A DNA stretch of 64,000 nucleotides from Gammaproteobacteria bacterium (GTDB lineage: Bacteria > Pseudomonadota > Gammaproteobacteria > Eutrophobiales > Eutrophobiaceae): positions 1,296,639 to 1,360,638 of the forward strand of contig OZ245888.1 of NCBI GenBank assembly GCA_965229565.1. Direction: 5' to 3'. Made by a program: the position numbers and the translations under genes. Below the pieces are notes generated by a model. It was given only the letters and a program-made list of their open reading frames with translations, ran no database searches and was not told the origin of the DNA. Position 1 is the first letter of the stretch; each line of letters opens with the position of its first letter. Of the stretch, positions 12,066-22,625 are shown piece after piece.

Positions 12066-12123
12066 TTTTTCATGTATCCTACGCGCCCGTTATTAGTCGC
12101 TAAATGGACAACAGGAAATACGC

Positions 12124-13209
12124 GTGAGTAAGAATATACTGGTTTTACCCGGGGATGGTATTGGGCCGGAAATTGTCACCCAGGCCATGAAAATCCTGGA
12201 TTATCTTGTCGAGAGTCAGGGGCTGGATGTCGTGGTGAATTACGGCTTGATAGGCGGTAGTGCCATAGACGAAACCGGCGTGCCGCTGCCAGATGAAACC
12301 TTGCAGCAGGCCAAGGCATCAGTAGCCGTATTGCTTGGTGCCGTGGGTGGCCCCAGGTGGGATCAAATCGAGCGTCAGCTTCGGCCTGAACGAGGTTTAC
12401 TGGCCATCCGTGCCGGGTTGGGCCTGTTTGCCAACCTGCGGCCGGCAATACTGTATCCGCAGCTGGTCAATGCCTCTACCCTGAAACCGGAGGTTGTCAG
12501 CAATCTCGATATCATGATCGTCAGGGAACTTACCGGCGGTATCTATTTTGGACAACCGCGTGGAATCCGGACCCTGGAAAACGGTGAACGCCAGGGTTTT
12601 AATTCCCTGGTCTATGCTGAGCATGAAATTGAACGCATTGCGCGGGTTGCCTTTGATGTTGCCGGCAAGCGGCAGGGCCGTGTTTGTTCAGTCGATAAGG
12701 CCAATGTACTGGAAGCAACAGAACTCTGGCGGGAAGTGGTGACAAAGACAGCGAAGGAATACAGCAGCATCGAGTTACAGCATATGTATGTAGATAACGC
12801 GGCCATGCAACTGGTACGAAACCCGAAACAGTTCGACGTGATTGTCACGACCAATATGTTTGGCGATATTTTGTCCGATCTGGCCTCGATGTTAACCGGC
12901 AGTATTGGTATGTTACCTTCAGCATCACTGGCAGCCGACGGTACCGGAATGTACGAGCCAATACACGGTTCAGCCCCGGATATTGCCGGCCAGGATGTTG
13001 CGAACCCGCTTGCCACCATCCTGTCGTTATCAATGTTACTGCGTTACTCACTGGCCGAGGAAGTGTTGGCAGACAAGATAGAACAGGCTGTTAGCGATGT
13101 ACTTAGTGCAGACCTGCGTACCCGTGATATTGCCGCGGATGCCAGTTCAAGCATTGGTACGGAAGCGATGGGTGATGCTGTACTGAAGGCATTGCAGGCA
13201 CTTGTGTAA
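12124..13209 (+). CDS. leuB: 3-isopropylmalate dehydrogenase (GTG start)
   Basis: 361 aa with the N-terminus [14 protein letters not shown] and an NMFGDILSD motif. Confidence 0.9.
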   Translation: MSKNILVLPGDGIGPEIVTQAMKILDYLVESQGLDVVVNYGLIGGSAIDETGVPLPDETLQQAKASVAVLLGAVGGPRWDQIERQLRPERGLLAIRAGLGLFANLRPAILYPQLVNASTLKPEVVSNLDIMIVRELTGGIYFGQPRGIRTLENGERQGFNSLVYAEHEIERIARVAFDVAGKRQGRVCSVDKANVLEATELWREVVTKTAKEYSSIELQHMYVDNAAMQLVRNPKQFDVIVTTNMFGDILSDLASMLTGSIGMLPSASLAADGTGMYEPIHGSAPDIAGQDVANPLATILSLSMLLRYSLAEEVLADKIEQAVSDVLSADLRTRDIAADASSSIGTEAMGDAVLKALQALV

Positions 13210-13244
13210 TTGTATAGTAACTGATTGTTAAAACCTGGATTAGG

Positions 13245-14270
13245 ATGATGAGTAAATTATTTAATGTCGCAGTCGTCGGTGCTACCGGTGCCGTTGGAGA
13301 AACCATGCTGTCTATCCTGGCGCAGCGGAATTTTCCGGTCGACAAGGTTTTCGCGCTGGCTAGTAGCCGTTCGGTCGGTAAAAGAGTCGCGTTTGGAGAT
13401 GAATTCCTTAAGGTCCACGACCTGGACGAGTTTGACTTCAGTCAGACCCAGATTGGGCTGTTTTCGCCGGGCGCCTCCGTATCAGCCATTCATGCTCCCC
13501 GTGCAGCCGAGGCCGGTTGTATCGTTGTCGATAACACTTCGCAATTTCGCTACGACAATGACATTCCGCTGGTGGTGCCCGAGGTCAATCCTCATGCCAT
13601 TGCCGACTATAAAAACCGGGGCATCATTGCCAACCCGAACTGTTCAACCATACAAATGCTGGTGGCGTTGAAACCTATTTATGATGCCGTGGGTATCAGT
13701 CGTATTAATGTATGTACCTACCAGGCCGTGTCCGGTACTGGCAAGGAAGCGATCGAAGAACTGGCAAAGCAGACAGCCGATTTGCTAAATGCGAAAGAAG
13801 CGACCTGTGAAGTATATCCGAAGCAGATAGCATTTAACGTGTTACCACATATCGATGCATTCCAGGACAACGGCTATACCAAGGAAGAGATGAAAATGGT
13901 CTGGGAAACACAAAAGATATTTGAAGATGACGAGATCCTGGTGAATCCAACCACCGTCAGGGTTCCTGTCTTCTATGGACATTCCGAGGCCGTTCATATT
14001 GAGACCCGGGAAAAGCTGACTGCAAAACAGGCAAGCGATTTATTGGCCAGGGCGCCCGGCGTTGTTGTGATGGATGAGCGCAAGGATGGCGGTTATCCGA
14101 CTGCAGTGACAGAGGCAGCAGGCGAAGACCCGGTTTTCGTGGGTCGCATCCGCGAGGATATCTCTCATTCGATGGGACTTAATCTCTGGGTAGTCTCCGA
14201 TAACGTGCGAAAAGGAGCGGCATTAAATAGTGTTCAAATCGCTGAATTTCTGGTAAAAGATCACTTATAA
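13245..14270 (+). CDS. asd: Aspartate-semialdehyde dehydrogenase
   Basis: 341 aa with a Rossmann N-terminus (VAVVGATGAVG) and an active-site Cys region (ANPNCSTIQM). Confidence 0.9.
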   Translation: MMSKLFNVAVVGATGAVGETMLSILAQRNFPVDKVFALASSRSVGKRVAFGDEFLKVHDLDEFDFSQTQIGLFSPGASVSAIHAPRAAEAGCIVVDNTSQFRYDNDIPLVVPEVNPHAIADYKNRGIIANPNCSTIQMLVALKPIYDAVGISRINVCTYQAVSGTGKEAIEELAKQTADLLNAKEATCEVYPKQIAFNVLPHIDAFQDNGYTKEEMKMVWETQKIFEDDEILVNPTTVRVPVFYGHSEAVHIETREKLTAKQASDLLARAPGVVVMDERKDGGYPTAVTEAAGEDPVFVGRIREDISHSMGLNLWVVSDNVRKGAALNSVQIAEFLVKDHL

Positions 14271-14421
14271 ACTATAGTTATGGGTAAATTGTAAAGCATA
14301 TTCGCAAGTTTGCGGCTGGTTTGAGCGTGTAAAATCGCGGCAGTTTTACTTTTCAAGCGCTGGACCAGGTGCCGTTTAGTCGAATATTTTATTTAAAAAA
14401 CAAATATATAGTGCACTAAAC

Positions 14422-14808
14422 ATGTTTACCAGCAAGCAAACAATTGGCCTTTTCAGCAGTCTCACTATGGCCTTGATGACGGGTAATAGTTTTGCCCTGG
14501 GCGTGTCTGATCTTGAGTTGAATTCCTCTCTGAATCAAAAGCTTGACGCGAAAATAGCACTTACTGCCGCAACTGATGAAGAACTCCGCAGCCTGACGGT
14601 AACAATTATCCCTGTCTACGCTGATGGCATCAGTTCGCAACAACTAAAACACGAACTGGTGCAGACAGAAACAGCTAGCTTCTTGAAGATCACTAGTATT
14701 GACGCAATCAAGGAGCCTGTATTGAATTTTCAACTGGATTTGAACTGGAACAACGGGCAACTGGTTCGGGATTACACACTACTACTGGATCCGCCAGGCG
14801 CAAGGTAA
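14422..14808 (+). CDS. Stand-alone periplasmic protein that is a paralog of the FimV N-terminal domain (signal peptide plus FimV-N domain only)
   Basis: The 128-aa product has a signal peptide ending at SFA|LG. It aligns over about 105 residues with FimV residues 20-125 next door, for example ...EPVLNFQLDLNWNNGQLVRDYTLLLDPP against ...EPFLNFLVEVSWANGRLYREYTVLLDPP. Confidence 0.5.
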   Translation: MFTSKQTIGLFSSLTMALMTGNSFALGVSDLELNSSLNQKLDAKIALTAATDEELRSLTVTIIPVYADGISSQQLKHELVQTETASFLKITSIDAIKEPVLNFQLDLNWNNGQLVRDYTLLLDPPGAR

Positions 14809-14833
14809 ATAACAACACAATACAAGATTTGAA

Positions 14834-17800
14834 ATGAAATTTTCTTTACGTTTTATTCTTTTGCTTAGCCTGTTCCCGGGCGTAGCCGCCGCACTGGGAT
14901 TGGGAAATCTGGATCTTGAATCAGCCCTGAACGAACCCTTTTCCGGCAAAATCCAGTTACTTTCTGCCAGCGTCGATGAGCTTGATTCTTTGAATGTCGC
15001 ATTGGCGGATGCCGAGGCCTTTGACCGGGCCAACATTGATCGTCCATTTATACTCAGCGAACTGCGTTTCAAATTGATCCGTTCTGAAACCGGTGCCGAT
15101 TACATCAAGGTCAGTAGTGAACAGCCCATACGTGAACCGTTTCTTAATTTCCTGGTTGAAGTGAGCTGGGCAAATGGTCGCCTGTACCGTGAATACACGG
15201 TCCTGTTAGACCCGCCCATGTACGATGCCGAGGTGAACGTGGCCGAGATCATGGCACTGAAGCCAGCAGACTCATCGCGCACTGCCACTCCCGATGACCC
15301 CGGTCACCAGGTTGTATATGCAGATGATTTTGACCAGTACTCCGGTGCATCCGGACAGCCGGCATCTGCACCTGTTGCCAGAACCATAAACTACAGTGGC
15401 GGAGATTATGGTCCTACCAGCGCCAATGACACCCTCTGGTCCATTGCGTCTGCCATGCGCCCGGACACATCTACCAGTGTCAACCAGATGATGCTGGCAT
15501 TGTTGCAGGCTAACCCTGACGCTTTCGCAGCTAATAACGTGAATGGCCTCAAGCGTGGTCAGATCCTGAAAATGCCTTCCGAGGCAGAAATAAATGCCCT
15601 GAGCCAGTCTGATGCACTGGCTGAAACCAGGAAGCAATACGCAGCCTGGGAACAGATCAAGAACAGGCTGGGTGCTGGTGTCGCTGCACGTCCGGAAACC
15701 AGTTCAACACCTGCCGCCGGTAGTGATGCCGGGGTAACCACCGATTCCGCGAAGAGTGATGCTGAATTAAAACTGTTGTCTGCAGGCGATACGGAAGAGT
15801 CCACCGGGCAAGTGACCAGCGTTGAAGGTGCTGCCGGTGCGGCGGATTTGATCCTTGCCGAAGAAAGTATCCAGGCCCTGACACAGGAAAACCTGGAATT
15901 GAAAGACCAGTTGCAGGAAACAGAGGCATTACTTAACGATTTAAAACGGCTGCTGGAACTGAAAGACGACGAACTGGCTAAATTACAGCAGCAGTTGGCA
16001 GAGCAGGAGTTGTTGGAAGAAGCCGCGGCGGCGGAGCCCGTTGTTGAGGAGACCGTTGAAGAGGTTGCCGAGACGCCGATAACGGACGAAATTGCTGAAC
16101 AGGAAACTGAAGCCGTACAGGAAGAACCGGTAGCAGAAGATGCGGCCCCTGAAGAGGAAACCATTGAAATACTTGAAATAGAACCAGAATCTACTTCAGG
16201 CGGCATCATGGATATGCTGGGACCATATCTTGCTCCGATTACGGACCTGGTTGGTGGCAATCCGCTTTATGCCATAGCTGCAATTGGTTTGCTTGTTGTA
16301 TTGATATTGATTGCCGTAGCGGCGAAGTTAAAGAAAGCAAAGGGCACTGAATCATCTGATGCTGTTGAGATGTCAGCTGATCAGTTTCCGAGTTTTGATG
16401 ACGACGAATCAGACCTTGATGAAGCGCAACGGGCGCTCGATGCCGAGGCGGAGACAGTATTGCCGGGTGCAGAGGAAGAACTCGACTCGGAAGATGAAAC
16501 TTTCATCGCTGAGGAAGAAGACGAAAATTCCGAGGACGAAACCTATCTTCCTGAGCGAAATGAAGAGGTCGTGGAGGAAACGGCACCAGCTGTAGCGACG
16601 ACACAAGCTGAAAATGAAGAAGATGAAGACCCACTGCAGGAAGTGAATACCTATCTTGCGTTTGAGCAGTTTGATCAGGCTGAAGAGTTTGTGCGTAATG
16701 CCATCGAAGCCAAGCCTGATAATCCTGAATATCACACCAAGTTACTGGAAGTATTTTATACATCGGGCAACAAGAAGGCCTATGAACAAGAGGCGAAAGT
16801 CCTGCATGACCTGGTTGCTGGTGAAGGCGAACACTGGGATATGGCCGTGGCCATGTGGTCGGAAATGTCGCCCAATCGTGAATTGTTCGGTGAAGGCGAC
16901 ATTGAGGATGACGATTCCGCAGACAATACAGGCGGTGGTTTTGTCGATGTGACCGCCGATGCTGAGGCCCAGGACAACGAAAATACGCTGGATTTTGATA
17001 TCGGTGCCGGTGAAGAACCAGCAGCAGATACAGATAACGATGACGATGTACTCGATCTGACCGCGGCTGATGATGGTGAAGATATCCTGGATGTTACTGC
17101 TCTTGGTGATGCTGAAGAGAATGATGACAGTTTGGACTTTTCTGAAGAACCTACCATGGATACCTCGGTTGACGAAGCGGAAGACCTGTTGGACGTCACG
17201 GCAGTAGGCAGTACTGACGACGGCTTTGACGATGACGTACTGGATGTTTCCAGCAAGGGCTCCAGCGGCGATGATAAACTGGAAAGTACCTCTGCTGAAG
17301 GTTCTGATAGTGGTCTGGATCTGGATAACGATGGAGATATGCTGGATCTGACCGCGGCCGAGGGCGAAAGTACGGATAGCGAAGAACTCATGGACCTTGA
17401 TTTCGAGGATACGGCTGCTGATAAAGCGGAAGATTCAGACGATAGTGATAACGTCATTGAGTTTGATGCTGCCTCTGCGGGTGATGACCTCAGCCTCGAT
17501 ATGGATGATAGTGCAGTTTCAGATGAAGATGATCTGGACGGGGGGCTGGAACTTGACCTTGGTGAAAAGGAAGAAGACACCATTGCTGATGACGGTCTTG
17601 AGTTGTCCTTAACCGGTGAAGACCTGTCTGATGATGAAGAACCCATCCAGCTTGATGCCGACAGCGGCGACACGGATGATGAACTGCCTTCGCTGGATCT
17701 CGATATAGAAGGGGCAGATGATGCTGGCGAACTGTCACTCGACGATTCGAATAGCGAGCAGGAAGATGATCCGGGTTCACTGGATTTTGACCTGGGCATG

Positions 17801-18103
17801 GATGAAGACCTGGGTGATGACGATGATATTGTAGATGGTAGTAGCACCCTTGAAATGGAGCCGCCAGGAATAGATGCTGGCAATGATGACGACGACGAGG
17901 ATGATAGTACCGTTTTTGTTCCGCGCACTTCTCAAGCCGAGGAACAAAGTGCCGAGGATGAAATTGCTACCAAGCTTGACCTTGCCAAGGCCTATGTCGA
18001 ACTTGGAGATAAAGACAGCGCCAAGACCATACTGGATGAAGTTATGGCTGCCGGCAATGACGAGCAGAAACAGCAAGCCCAGGATCTGTTGGAACAGGTC
18101 TGA
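14834..18103 (+). CDS. fimV: FimV-family polar peptidoglycan-binding scaffold protein
   Basis: Signal peptide, FimV N-domain, a LysM motif (DTLWSIASAMRP...NGLKRGQILKMP), coiled coil, one TM helix (LYAIAAIGLLVVLILIAVAA), about 500 aa of extremely acidic repetitive cytoplasmic region, a TPR-like segment and the FimV C-terminal motif (LDLAKAYVELGDKDSAKTILDEV). Occupies the conserved asd-fimV-truA position. Confidence 0.85.
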   Translation: MKFSLRFILLLSLFPGVAAALGLGNLDLESALNEPFSGKIQLLSASVDELDSLNVALADAEAFDRANIDRPFILSELRFKLIRSETGADYIKVSSEQPIREPFLNFLVEVSWANGRLYREYTVLLDPPMYDAEVNVAEIMALKPADSSRTATPDDPGHQVVYADDFDQYSGASGQPASAPVARTINYSGGDYGPTSANDTLWSIASAMRPDTSTSVNQMMLALLQANPDAFAANNVNGLKRGQILKMPSEAEINALSQSDALAETRKQYAAWEQIKNRLGAGVAARPETSSTPAAGSDAGVTTDSAKSDAELKLLSAGDTEESTGQVTSVEGAAGAADLILAEESIQALTQENLELKDQLQETEALLNDLKRLLELKDDELAKLQQQLAEQELLEEAAAAEPVVEETVEEVAETPITDEIAEQETEAVQEEPVAEDAAPEEETIEILEIEPESTSGGIMDMLGPYLAPITDLVGGNPLYAIAAIGLLVVLILIAVAAKLKKAKGTESSDAVEMSADQFPSFDDDESDLDEAQRALDAEAETVLPGAEEELDSEDETFIAEEEDENSEDETYLPERNEEVVEETAPAVATTQAENEEDEDPLQEVNTYLAFEQFDQAEEFVRNAIEAKPDNPEYHTKLLEVFYTSGNKKAYEQEAKVLHDLVAGEGEHWDMAVAMWSEMSPNRELFGEGDIEDDDSADNTGGGFVDVTADAEAQDNENTLDFDIGAGEEPAADTDNDDDVLDLTAADDGEDILDVTALGDAEENDDSLDFSEEPTMDTSVDEAEDLLDVTAVGSTDDGFDDDVLDVSSKGSSGDDKLESTSAEGSDSGLDLDNDGDMLDLTAAEGESTDSEELMDLDFEDTAADKAEDSDDSDNVIEFDAASAGDDLSLDMDDSAVSDEDDLDGGLELDLGEKEEDTIADDGLELSLTGEDLSDDEEPIQLDADSGDTDDELPSLDLDIEGADDAGELSLDDSNSEQEDDPGSLDFDLGMDEDLGDDDDIVDGSSTLEMEPPGIDAGNDDDDEDDSTVFVPRTSQAEEQSAEDEIATKLDLAKAYVELGDKDSAKTILDEVMAAGNDEQKQQAQDLLEQV
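16350..17930 (+). repeat. Low-complexity GA/GAT-rich DNA encoding the D/E-rich FimV cytoplasmic domain, with degenerate repeats of an x-L-D-[VL]-T-A motif
   Basis: Recurrent DVLDLTAADDGED, ILDVTALGDAEEND, LLDVTAVGSTDDG and DMLDLTAAEGEST. The antisense frame gives a spurious 382-aa Ser-rich ORF. Confidence 0.6.
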
Positions 18104-18171
18104 TCAAACCTTTTTAATCCTTGCTATTTGTCCAGTTACCTGTCGATTGGTCAATCTGGATTCACTAGCCA

Positions 18172-18963
18172 ATGAAAATCGCACTCGGTATTGAATACTG
18201 CGGATATCAGTACTACGGCTGGCAGAGGCAGGCTATCCCGAACACTGTGCAGGAACACGTTGAAAAAGCGCTGTCTGCGGTTGCTGCTGAACAGATCAAC
18301 ATAACCTGTGCGGGGCGCACCGACACCGGTGTACATGCCTTGCAACAGGTAATACATTTCGACACGGCTGTAGAACGCGAGCTGCATGCCTGGGTGCTTG
18401 GTGCAAACACGAAACTACCCGCCGATATTGCCGTCACCTGGGCAAAACAGGTTTCTGATGATTTTCATGCAAGATTTTCGGCGCTAAACCGAACCTACCA
18501 GTACCTGATTTTAAATCGCCGTGCGCGACCGGCTATTTTTAATGGCAGGGTGACATGGGAATGCCGATCACTGGACGTGGAGAGAATGCGACTGGCTGCG
18601 ACCAGGTTGCAAGGTAAACACGACTTCACTTCATTCAGGGCGGCTGCCTGCCAGGCAAAATCACCGGTACGTACCGTGCACTCACTTGAGATACATAGAC
18701 TGGAAAACTGGTTTTTGCTTACCATATGTGCCAATGCATTTTTACACCATATGGTCAGGAATATCGCGGGTGTATTGATGATGATCGGCTCCGGGAAACA
18801 GGAAGTGTCATGGTGTGAAGAAGTCCTGCTGGCGAAAGACAGAACGGCAGGAGGTGTTACCGCACCACCAGATGGACTGTACCTGGTTAATGTTGAATAC
18901 CCGGAGCAGTATGCCATTCCCAGGGTCTCCACCCTGTATGAGCAACTCGGACTCAATCTATGA
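18172..18963 (+). CDS. truA: tRNA pseudouridine(38-40) synthase
   Basis: 263 aa with the catalytic Asp motif (CAGRTDTGVHA). Confidence 0.9.
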   Translation: MKIALGIEYCGYQYYGWQRQAIPNTVQEHVEKALSAVAAEQINITCAGRTDTGVHALQQVIHFDTAVERELHAWVLGANTKLPADIAVTWAKQVSDDFHARFSALNRTYQYLILNRRARPAIFNGRVTWECRSLDVERMRLAATRLQGKHDFTSFRAAACQAKSPVRTVHSLEIHRLENWFLLTICANAFLHHMVRNIAGVLMMIGSGKQEVSWCEEVLLAKDRTAGGVTAPPDGLYLVNVEYPEQYAIPRVSTLYEQLGLNL

Positions 18964-19586
18964 ATGTCACACGTGTAAAAGTGAAAATTTGCGGGGTAAC
19001 CAGTGTTACCGACGCGGTAGCTATTGCCAACGCCGGTGCCGATGCCATCGGCCTGGTCTTTTATGAGCCCAGTCCACGCTATGTGGAACCGGAAGTCGCA
19101 CGGGAAATCGCATTGGCCTTACCTGCATTCGTGAATGTGGTGGGGCTGTTTGTCGATGCTGAGCCCGACGCGATCACGCAAGTGCTCGAACGGGTGGCAA
19201 TTGACACCTTGCAATTTCATGGACAGGAGACCGAGCGGGCTTGCAGTCTCTACGGCAAGCCGTATATTAAGTCTATAGCCATGCGACCGGACCTGGACGT
19301 GTCTGAAATGATCGCGCTATATCCGTCTGCCAGCGCATTATTGCTGGATACTTTTGTGGAAAACCTGCCAGGTGGCACGGGGCAGTCTTTTGACTGGCAA
19401 AAAGTACCTGACAACAGCCAGAAACCGCTAATTTTAGCGGGAGGTTTAACACCAGAAAATGTACAATCTGCCATTGTTCAAACCCGTCCCTATGCCGTAG
19501 ATGTCAGTGGTGGCGTTGAAAGCAGCAAGGGCAAGAAGGACATAGACAAGGTTCAAAAATTCATACGAGAAGTACTCAATGCCTGA
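18960..19586 (+). CDS. trpF: Phosphoribosylanthranilate isomerase
   Basis: 208-aa TIM barrel (VKICGVT...). Overlaps truA by 4 nt and trpB by 8 nt. Confidence 0.85.
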   Translation: MNVTRVKVKICGVTSVTDAVAIANAGADAIGLVFYEPSPRYVEPEVAREIALALPAFVNVVGLFVDAEPDAITQVLERVAIDTLQFHGQETERACSLYGKPYIKSIAMRPDLDVSEMIALYPSASALLLDTFVENLPGGTGQSFDWQKVPDNSQKPLILAGGLTPENVQSAIVQTRPYAVDVSGGVESSKGKKDIDKVQKFIREVLNA

Positions 19587-20814
19587 AGCAGTCATAAAGA
19601 AAACAGACCCGATTAAATCCTATAAGTCCATGCCAGACAGCCGCGGACATTTTGGTCCTTATGGCGGCAGGTTTGTTGCCGAGACCCTGATGGGGCCGCT
19701 GGACGAGCTGGAAAAGGCTTATTACCGTTACAGCAAGGATCCTGAATTTATCGCCGAATTTGAGCATGACCTGAAACACTTCGTTGGTCGCCCATCACCG
19801 CTTTATCACGCGAGGCGCTGGAGTCAGTTACTTGGTGGTGCCCAGGTTTATCTGAAAAGAGAAGACCTGAACCATACGGGTGCACACAAGATTAACAACA
19901 CCGTTGGCCAGGCGTTGCTGGCCAGGCACATGGGCAAACACAGAATTATTGCTGAAACGGGTGCTGGTCAACACGGTGTGGCAAGTGCCACGGTCGCTGC
20001 ACGTTATGGCATGGAATGTATCGTTTATATGGGTGCAGAGGATATCCAGAGGCAATCCAGCAATGTCTTTCGCATGAAATTGCTGGGTGCCACCGTGGTT
20101 GCGGTAGAAGCCGGCTCGCGTACGCTAAAGGACGCGTTAAACGAGGCCATGCGCGACTGGGTTACTAACGTTGATGATACCTTTTACATTATCGGTACGG
20201 TCGCGGGTCCCCATCCTTATCCCGCAATGGTCAGGGATTTCAATGCCGTGGTCGGGCGCGAGGCGCGTCAACAGTGCCTGGATGATGTTGGTCGTCTTCC
20301 GGATGCCATTGTTGCCTGTGTCGGTGGTGGTTCAAATGCCATAGGCCTGTTCCATGATTTTCTCGACGACGCCGATGTGTCGATCTATGGCGTGGAAGCG
20401 GCTGGTGACGGAATTGAAACCGGCCGCCATGCTGCACCGTTGAATGCGGGTAAGGCTGGCGTATTACACGGAAACCGCACGTACCTGATGGAAGATAATT
20501 ACGGACAGATCATTGAAACGCATTCTATCTCGGCTGGCCTGGATTACCCGGGTGTTGGTCCGGAACATGCCTGGTTGAAAGATTCGGGCAGGGCAAACTA
20601 CGTCTCGGTGACCGATACAGAGGCCTTGCAGGCGTTTCATGACCTGACCCGCATTGAGGGCATTATTCCGGCACTGGAATCCAGTCATGCGCTGGCCTAT
20701 ACCGCCAAGCTTGCACGCGATATGTCGAGCGACAAGTTTATCGTTTGTAATTTATCAGGTCGGGGTGACAAGGATATTCATACCGTTGCCGCGCACGAGG
20801 GCATTACGCTCTAG
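19579..20814 (+). CDS. trpB: Tryptophan synthase beta chain
   Basis: 411 aa with a PLP lysine region (HTGAHKINN) and GGGSNAIG. Confidence 0.95.
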   Translation: MPEAVIKKTDPIKSYKSMPDSRGHFGPYGGRFVAETLMGPLDELEKAYYRYSKDPEFIAEFEHDLKHFVGRPSPLYHARRWSQLLGGAQVYLKREDLNHTGAHKINNTVGQALLARHMGKHRIIAETGAGQHGVASATVAARYGMECIVYMGAEDIQRQSSNVFRMKLLGATVVAVEAGSRTLKDALNEAMRDWVTNVDDTFYIIGTVAGPHPYPAMVRDFNAVVGREARQQCLDDVGRLPDAIVACVGGGSNAIGLFHDFLDDADVSIYGVEAAGDGIETGRHAAPLNAGKAGVLHGNRTYLMEDNYGQIIETHSISAGLDYPGVGPEHAWLKDSGRANYVSVTDTEALQAFHDLTRIEGIIPALESSHALAYTAKLARDMSSDKFIVCNLSGRGDKDIHTVAAHEGITL

Positions 20815-20932
20815 TATCACTGTCAGCCAGCCATAATCGAGATTTGTTAATGAACACCAGGTCGTGCTCGCGAGCACATATTGCCACTGTGGCCAGTTTT
20901 TAATTAATCATATTTCCTGTCACGAAACTATC

Positions 20933-21739
20933 ATGAGTAGAATTACAGATTGCTTTAAACAATTAAAAAGTAGCAACAGGAAAGCATTGATCCCTTTCCT
21001 TACGGCCGGTGATCCGGATAAATCACTAACCGCACAATTAATGCATGAGCTAGTTGCAGCCGGGGCTGACATGATCGAACTGGGCGTTCCTTTCTCTGAT
21101 CCCATGGCAGATGGACCCGTGATTCAGCGTGCCAGTGAACGCGCATTGAAGAGTGGCACCAGCTCGGATGATGTGTTCGAGATCGTGCGCGAGTTTAGGG
21201 AACAAGATGCTGCCACACCGGTGGTGTTGATGGGATACCTGAATCCTGTCGAGGTGGTCGGATACGAGACTTTTGCAGCCAAGGCTGAGACAGCAGGTGT
21301 GGATGGCGTGCTCATCGTTGACCTGCCTCCTGAGGAAGCAGAAGAATTTAGCCAGGTATTTCAACAGCATGGCATAAATCAGATATTCCTGATTTCGCCT
21401 ACAACGGGCACAGAGCGATTGCACCGGATCTGTGAAGTTGGTTCCGGCTTCCTGTATTATGTTTCCCTGAAAGGAGTGACGGGCAGTGACCGGCTGGATA
21501 CCGCCACGGTCGCTGCCAAGCTTGATGAGATTCGTAGTATTTCCAGTTTACCGCTGGGAGTCGGTTTCGGTATCAAGGATGCTGAAACCGCGGCCGCGGT
21601 AGCCCGAATTTGCGATGCTGTCGTCGTTGGCAGTGCCCTCGTTGAGCGTATAGCTGCTCACTCTGACGACATTGATAAGCTAAGAAAAGAAATTAACGGT
21701 TTTATTAGTACCATTAGACAAGCAATGGATAGAACATAA
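20933..21739 (+). CDS. trpA: Tryptophan synthase alpha chain. The track ORF starts at 20864, but the Met at 20933 matches the TrpA N-terminus.
   Basis: Collinear with E. coli TrpA ([11 protein letters not shown]...[22 protein letters not shown]). Confidence 0.9.
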   Translation: MSRITDCFKQLKSSNRKALIPFLTAGDPDKSLTAQLMHELVAAGADMIELGVPFSDPMADGPVIQRASERALKSGTSSDDVFEIVREFREQDAATPVVLMGYLNPVEVVGYETFAAKAETAGVDGVLIVDLPPEEAEEFSQVFQQHGINQIFLISPTTGTERLHRICEVGSGFLYYVSLKGVTGSDRLDTATVAAKLDEIRSISSLPLGVGFGIKDAETAAAVARICDAVVVGSALVERIAAHSDDIDKLRKEINGFISTIRQAMDRT

Positions 21740-21748
21740 GATGCAATC

Positions 21749-22612
21749 ATGAGCTGGTTCGAAAAAATTCTTCCCTCCCGTATCAAGACCAACGGTAGCA
21801 ACCGTCGCACCGTGCCGGAAGGTCTATGGACCAAGTGTGCTGCCTGTAATGCTGTCCTTTATCGCGCTGAACTGGAACGAAATCTTGAGGTGTGTCCCAA
21901 GTGCGATCACCATATGCGCATGGGCGCGCGTGAACGCCTGGGACATTTTCTTGATGAAAATACAGCCGAGGAAATTGGTGCAAACCTGAAGCCGGTAGAC
22001 AAGCTCAAATTCCGTGATAACAAACGCTACCGCGATCGGCTCAGCCAGGCCCAGAAACAAACTGGTGAGGATGATGCACTCATAGCCATGTCGGGTCAGC
22101 TTGTTGGCATGCCAGTTGTCGCTTGCGCGTTTGAATTTGATTTTATGGGCGGATCCATGGGCTCGGTGGTTGGCGAACGCTTTGTGCGCGCCGTCGAAAC
22201 TGCAATTGAACTGCGTGCTCCAGTTATCTGTTTTTCAACCAGTGGTGGAGCAAGAATGCAGGAAGCGTTGTTTTCTCTGATGCAAATGGCGAAGACGGCT
22301 GCTGCGATCGCCACGCTGAAAAAGAACGGGTTGCCTTTTATTTCCGTATTGACGGATCCGACCATGGGTGGTGTCACAGCCAGCCTGGCCAGTCTGGGTG
22401 ATATCAATATTGCCGAACCCAATGCGCTAATAGGATTTGCCGGCCCGCGCGTGATTGAGCAGACGGTCAGGGAAACATTACCGGAAGGCTTCCAGCGCAG
22501 CGAGTTTCTACTGCAACACGGACAGATTGACATGATTGTTGACAGGCGTGAACTAAGATCAAGGATCGGCAATCTCATTTCCCTGTTATCCAGGCAGTCG
22601 AGTGTTTCCTGA
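21749..22612 (+). CDS. accD: Acetyl-CoA carboxylase carboxyltransferase beta subunit
   Basis: An N-terminal C4 zinc ribbon (CAACNAVLY...CPKCDHH) and a crotonase-fold carboxyltransferase domain. Confidence 0.9.
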   Translation: MSWFEKILPSRIKTNGSNRRTVPEGLWTKCAACNAVLYRAELERNLEVCPKCDHHMRMGARERLGHFLDENTAEEIGANLKPVDKLKFRDNKRYRDRLSQAQKQTGEDDALIAMSGQLVGMPVVACAFEFDFMGGSMGSVVGERFVRAVETAIELRAPVICFSTSGGARMQEALFSLMQMAKTAAAIATLKKNGLPFISVLTDPTMGGVTASLASLGDINIAEPNALIGFAGPRVIEQTVRETLPEGFQRSEFLLQHGQIDMIVDRRELRSRIGNLISLLSRQSSVS

Positions 22613-22625
22613 GTAATCGAATAAC

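Noticed and set aside
11486-12073. Overlapping alternative-frame ORFs (156 aa on plus, 147 aa on minus) inside the DMT transporter gene
   Set aside because: Frame artefacts of a GC-rich membrane-protein gene with no motifs. The transporter frame has clear TM periodicity.
15559-16260. 233-aa minus-strand ORF inside fimV
   Set aside because: Antisense low-complexity translation of the fimV coiled-coil and acidic region.
16780-17928. 382-aa serine-rich ORF on the minus strand
   Set aside because: It is the antisense frame of the GA/GAT-rich acidic repeats inside fimV. Composition is purely S/A/P/T and it is fully embedded in a well-supported gene.
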